A stretch of 64,000 nucleotides of DNA from Antedon mediterranea (Eukaryota > Animalia > Echinodermata). The notes under the pieces were generated by a model. It was not told the origin of the DNA. It worked only from the letters and a program-made list of their open reading frames with translations, and did not search any database. This document shows, one piece after another, positions 24,933 through 64,000 of this stretch (within the stretch, counting starts at the first letter, position 1; every line of letters begins with the position of its first letter). The translations under genes and the position numbers were made by a program. The stretch covers positions 21,249,432-21,313,431 of the forward strand of contig NC_092679.1 in assembly GCF_964355755.1 (NCBI RefSeq). Direction: 5' to 3'.

Positions 24933-26641
24933 AAGGACTTGGTAACATATTTTATACTGTCTCTGTACAACCATGGAGTTTTAATTAGATTAACTAATTA
25001 ACTAAAATTATATTAAAATTAGTATGATTAAAACGTTTTTAAAACAAAACCAGAAAAAAATCGTAGTTAAATATAAATGTTTTAAAATAAATGTATATAT
25101 TTATGCTGTATTGCATTTAATTTTATTCTATGGTACGATTAAAAAAATTAGAAAAAGTTGCTAAATATCGTTTTTTTTAAAATTAAAATTAATGTCGTTA
25201 ATATATATAGCTTTGCACAATTTGCTATTTATAGAATAATACAAATTGAAGATTATTAAATCAGCTTTTTAATAGGCGCGGCCATTTTGCAGTTTTAAGT
25301 TATTCACATCTGTAAATATAATTAAGTTATTCTTTTAAGATATTAACTTTATCATCATCTATATTATATATATTATTTGTAATAATTAGTCACTGGTTGG
25401 AGGTACACACCTAATTGGTGACAGTGGCTTAGACTGCTTTTGTGCTTTCCTGGCAGCTAGTGACTGATTTTATATTTTCTTCTTGCGTTGTGTTTGTTTA
25501 ATTTGTTGATTTGTATTATATTTTGCCTGAATAAATAATAATAATAAAACAAACAATTAGTTTTTATACATTTTTTAGGCCTATTTGTCATGTTTAACAG
25601 ACAGATTTAACAAAGAACATTGCATTATGGAGTATTACTGGCAGCAAACGATAAAAAAAATAAATATGATTCTCTCTTTCCATCTGTGTAATTTAGTTAT
25701 AAAAATGTTTTACAGTGTATCTACAATTGAGTTTAAATAAAGGTTGATTCATCTAGTCTTCACACTTCAAATTTAATGAACCCCTTTTTTTAGAGGATGC
25801 TTTCGGTGATAAACAACAAAGCCATTTATAACCTGTCTAAAACCAAAGTTACGTTTTTATACAGAAACAAAATCGTAAATTTTACCGCAAATGACCGATG
25901 TGACGCGATCTTAGCAATAATTTGCCGTTAGTGATTGGTCGCGTACTTGAACTACGCACGGGTCAATCGTAATCTCTCAACGGAATAAATTACTTACACC
26001 CTAGCTTTGGGTTATAAAACAATTAAAATGTAAAAACGAATACCTCAATCTCTCTTCCGCGTCGTTTAGTCTACCTCTCAAAGACATTTTCAGCGAAAAA
26101 AACGACGTAACTCTTCCGAGACGGAGCTAATTACTCGGGTAGATGTTGAAAAACTAAGAATACCTGAGAAAGGCCGAATGATTTAAGTGCGTGTAAGTTG
26201 GCATATTGTCGGTTTTTGATGGGTTAGCTAGCGCATCTATTATCATACAGATATTCTTTTAACCTTGCCGTCAAAAACTACTTTTTCGTAACATTTTTCA
26301 CGAACTTACGTAGATGACTCTGACCTTCGATTCCCCTAACTAAAGAGCTCGTTTAGAATAATATTCATATCCTTGCTATTAAGAGACCAGAGGTTTTTTT
26401 TTTGAATAATCATTTCTGTTGTATAATCAAATTTTTAATCAACATCGGGCGATCCGCTAGAACGTCGCCAGAAGGAAATAATGATGTTGATGTTTTATTT
26501 TGTTCGTGTAATGTTTTGTCTTACGGTGACAGTAAAACGAACAACTTTTTAAGATGTTTACGCAATGAAAAGTCCGCGGTAATTAAATAGTTCTCGGAAA
26601 TGATTAATAATAGACGTGTTTCTTCAATATTAAGCAATAAT

Positions 26642-26929
26642 ATATCATATTCAATCGAAATAATAACGGTTCAATCATTAAACAGAGTTGCAACAGAAAG
26701 AACTGAACACTCAATCTAATCACTCATGCCTCTTCAATGATAATTCAATCTAATTAGGATTGATTTTGCAAACAAATCTAAATAAAAGAAATATCATATT
26801 CAATCGAAATAATAATGGTTCAATCTTTAAACACTGTTGGAACAGAAAGTACTGAAAAATCAATCCAATCACTTTTCAATGATAATTCAATCTAATGAGG
26901 AATCGTTTTGCAAATAAATCTAAATAAAA
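26642..26929. repeat. 149-bp tandem duplication
   Basis: atatcatattcaatcgaaataataa at 26642 and 26791. Confidence 0.9.
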
Positions 26930-28492
26930 CTTAAAAGAAAGTTGGTTTTCCACAAAATGCCACGATATTTCGGCAAGAGGTGATTCAGACCACGTAGGCG
27001 TACCGTACATTCACATTCAGTACAATAAATTACTGTATTATTTTATGTATAAAATTTATATTTGACCATAATGATTTATAGTATAATTTGTATTTGATAG
27101 CCATACATAACTGTGACATATCGGCAGTCAAATGGTCAAACTAATGGAGGTGAAATTAATTAGTAGCGACGCAATATTTTGTTAAGATTATCTATGGGTT
27201 CAGTCAGCCCTTGTTACTAATTGATGACTAAATTACCAGCGTCGCTCACCTAAGCTCAGATCGTCTTCCTCTTCATCAAATCACATAACCAGGCGCCTTC
27301 AATTTTGATTTTAGCTTGCTCGATCAATACATTGTTCAGTGCCGTACATGCCTCTATTATATTGTTTCGTGAACATGCTATCTTCTGGTCCATTCGAGTA
27401 GAATGAATTACGCGGCAGAATTACGCGGCAGACGATAATACAACAGCCAATCAAAATAATTAATAATATAGCGAAGAATTGTTGTTTTGGTGTGGTCTTT
27501 AGCGCTAATATGTGTTTTTACCTACATTGTAAATTCAATTTTAATATCTCGGTTCAAACAAAGTAGCATTAGCCTATAAACATGTCTTCAAATCTTGTTG
27601 TCATTCGAATACATTTTACATGCCTTCAACAATATAGGCTCCATTCATTGTAAGCAATACTATTTTCAGCTAATAAGTTTCATGGACTATGTGTTTCACG
27701 TGTATCTAGTAACAGTAACCCATAACCTAACCTTACATGATACAGGCACAACATGTGATATAAATGAGATAGATCGAATATTCTTTGATACTTCGGAAAT
27801 AGATATGTATGTGGCGATACAGCACTGTGAATCTGCCGATTTTAATGACATTAACATTTTAAAATACCTGACAAAACATTGAAACATTGTTTAGAATTAA
27901 CAGTTTAAGGAAAATATCTGTGTATGTCAAAAGTCTTTTAGATAGGATTATAATGGAAAAAATAAAAGTGGTTGTAACGCCCAACGAAAGAAAAATGAAT
28001 GTCTTCTATGTTAAAAGAATAATTAATAATAATCATAAAGTATAGTCAATAAATAAAAGCACAATCTCAGCCTAGCTTTCTTTCTTAATTCTGTAAATAT
28101 TCATTTCTATGGGCGGCCAATAGCCGTCAACGGTTCTTTTAAATTAGCAATTAAAACTAGGTCCTGTGGGCCTACGTGTAATCTACAACCGACTTTTAAG
28201 TGTTTTTCTCAATTAAATTGGCGTATATTTGTCGGGAGTTGGCGTTATTGTACGCAATAATGAATAATAATTATAGTCTCTCTATCGAGCCACCGAGGAC
28301 TTAAAAATCAATATATTTATACGGTTTAAACTTATTATCCGATATACCGTTATTAATTATACACTGCACATCTATCGTATAGTATATTTTTCTTACCGAC
28401 TCCCGTATTTATAGCACATTATTTTGTGTATCGATCGTTTTCATTAACAGTGTATTATATAAATCATTTTATACATCTTCAAGGGTGGCTAA

Positions 28493-28646
28493 AGCTTGGT
28501 TCCTATTAGGACGTAACGCAAGAACGTAGATGCAACGCAAGCGAGTTGACCAATCACACGCGACTGTTAGAATCAACGCTTGAGATTGGACAAATTACTT
28601 TGCGTTGCGTTACGTCCTTGCGTTGCATCCCCGTGGGAACCAAGCT
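28493..28646. mobile_element. Family-A MITE
   Basis: taa|agcttggttcc...gggaaccaagct|tta. Confidence 0.85.
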
Positions 28647-30546
28647 TTACTGGTCAGTTGGACACGGCCGGCAGTCCATCGTTTTTAGTGCATTTTGCAC
28701 GGCGTTTTAATGATGGTTTAAATGGGATTGTTTCTATCGGTATCTGTTAGTCTGTATGTCCATACGTCTCTTATATAATGTCATATAGTCACATAGGCCT
28801 ACATGGGTTATGAAGTCAGTACAAAATGTAACCCGGGGTTTCAGATCGTTACCGTATGTTAGTCTGTCTGTTTTTCCATATTTTATAATGTCTGCCTATC
28901 ATGATTTCATACAATTTTTTACAAATAATCACAAGACAAAACAGCGATTAATGCATCGAATTGGTCACACTATTTGATTATTAAATAAATATAAATACCG
29001 GCTAATTAGTGCCGAAATTACGGAAGTGATTGTAATTAGTAAGCAAGACTTTTGACACATGATGTTCTAAGGTTGAACAGGTGAGAACTGAATCACAACC
29101 ACCTGTTATTACATGTTAATGTGATACTTGACTCACTCACCAGGCGCGTTTGCGTTCAGCGTTGACTACTTTGAGCGAAGCGTTTCAAACACATTAGAAG
29201 CCAATAAGACAATGCTGAAAACAAGGCAATGTAAAAACTGTACCCATTGTGGCACCACGCGAGAGGAGAGGAGGAAATCTCGGGAATGCTGAGGGGTATT
29301 AACACGCCCGATTCTGCAGCTGTCATTTGATAATATCTAACTGACTATTGACAGTCAGTTAGATACAAGGCTAGCTAACAATAAAATGTCATTTTTTCAC
29401 CCTATGAGTCACAATCTCCCCAGACCGAACCCGTTCCATCCCTGGTTGTATGGAATACTTTTGAATGTGTCAATCATTTTGTAGTGCTTGTTTTTTGTCT
29501 GCATGCGACTTACTAGTGTAAGCGTTCTTAATCCTCTTTTGTTTTTGAGAGACTGAGATGTGGCTAAATATACCACAATGTTATGGCACTAACATTAAAT
29601 GTTTGCATCGCTGATCCTTGAGGGAAATAAATGAGTCGCAGTTGTATAGTCAAATCAAATTCACATTATCAAAAGTAATAATATAAATGTAAACCCTTTC
29701 AGGTTTAAGGACAATGAAGGCTACAAAATGCACAATACGCACTCACGACAATTATCATAGGCTGCGATGTTTCCCCGCGGGAAAGACAATTCGAATCGTG
29801 GTGTTATAATCAGATTGGGGTACACAACAATGAGCAGAAGATAGACAATGATTGCCCCATGATTACGTGGGTGGTTGTATCTAATTGTGATGGCTATTAA
29901 TTGATTGATTTTGATCTTGAGATAAACAAAGATGATGTTATTGTTTATTGTTGTCGATCTGCAAAAAGTATGTATTTCATGCACTGCCTACTGTTGTTGT
30001 CTAATTCATTCATGTAAACGCGATAGTTAGTCAATATTTACTTCAATTCAATAATACTCCGAATTATAACCAAATTTGAGCGACATTCAAATGCAATATA
30101 AATTTTAATCATTATACTTTCGTAATTGTTATAGCATTATTAGTAAGTAGACCGAATTTTACAAACAACATTAATATTATGTAAAATAGTTATAACATTA
30201 CTGTAAAGTGAAATTAAACGTCAGAAGAGAAACATGTAAATATAATAACAAATATACTAACGCATACAATGATAACTAATTAAGCACTTCTGATCATTGA
30301 TAATTTCTACGAAATTTCTTTTACCTTGTACTGTAGGCTACTCATTTTTATTTTCTAAAAAGTTTGGATTTTTATGTAACATTGAGGGCGACATACCGAT
30401 TATAACGCCGGTTTCAGGTCATAGGTTATTTAGCGATTGTCTGGGAAAATACATTTTCAGCGATCGTTTTTGCCTGTTAAAAGAAGAGAAAAATCAACAA
30501 AAAAACGACTAAAGTGCAGCTAAAGTGGTAAAGCTATCCACCAGAG

Positions 30547-63965
<33,419 letters not shown>

Positions 63966-64000
63966 TAAGTATTGACTACAATCTACTAATACCTACCTTA

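Noticed and set aside
29721-29984. 87-aa minus-strand ORF divergent from dynein
   Set aside because: Low-complexity Ile/Asn-rich composition, no recognisable domain; region better explained as regulatory.

Overview
AT-rich, intron-rich eukaryotic (invertebrate animal, plausibly echinoderm/deuterostome-like; not provable from sequence alone) genomic window; no prokaryotic-type systems, CRISPR arrays, rRNA or convincing tRNA genes. Three protein-coding genes are supported: (1) a minus-strand giant/ces-2-like PAR-bZIP transcription factor with a PLDLS CtBP-binding motif (CDS 6815-7615, non-coding upstream exon(s) at about 10.5 kb and 11.7-12.1 kb), followed by a ~13 kb non-coding region rich in candidate cis-regulatory motifs; (2) a two-exon plus-strand METTL12/CSKMT-like class I methyltransferase with a mitochondrial presequence (23732-24932); (3) cytoplasmic dynein 1 heavy chain (from 30547, 68 exons traced by hand with GT-AG boundaries, running off the window end). 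Non-coding DNA holds several MITE families (PIF/Harbinger-like, Tc1/pogo-like, hAT-like), tRNA-derived SINEs and minisatellites. The most notable oddities are dynein introns built from copies of dynein exon sequence (including an in-frame 45-nt candidate nascent exon), self-nested MITEs, strong over-representation of footprint-like words (TAGGCCTA, TAC[A/T]GTA), a CpG-decay contrast between the dynein gene body and intergenic DNA, and a possible uORF-bearing alternative leader for the bZIP gene. I did not find a clearly novel multi-gene system.
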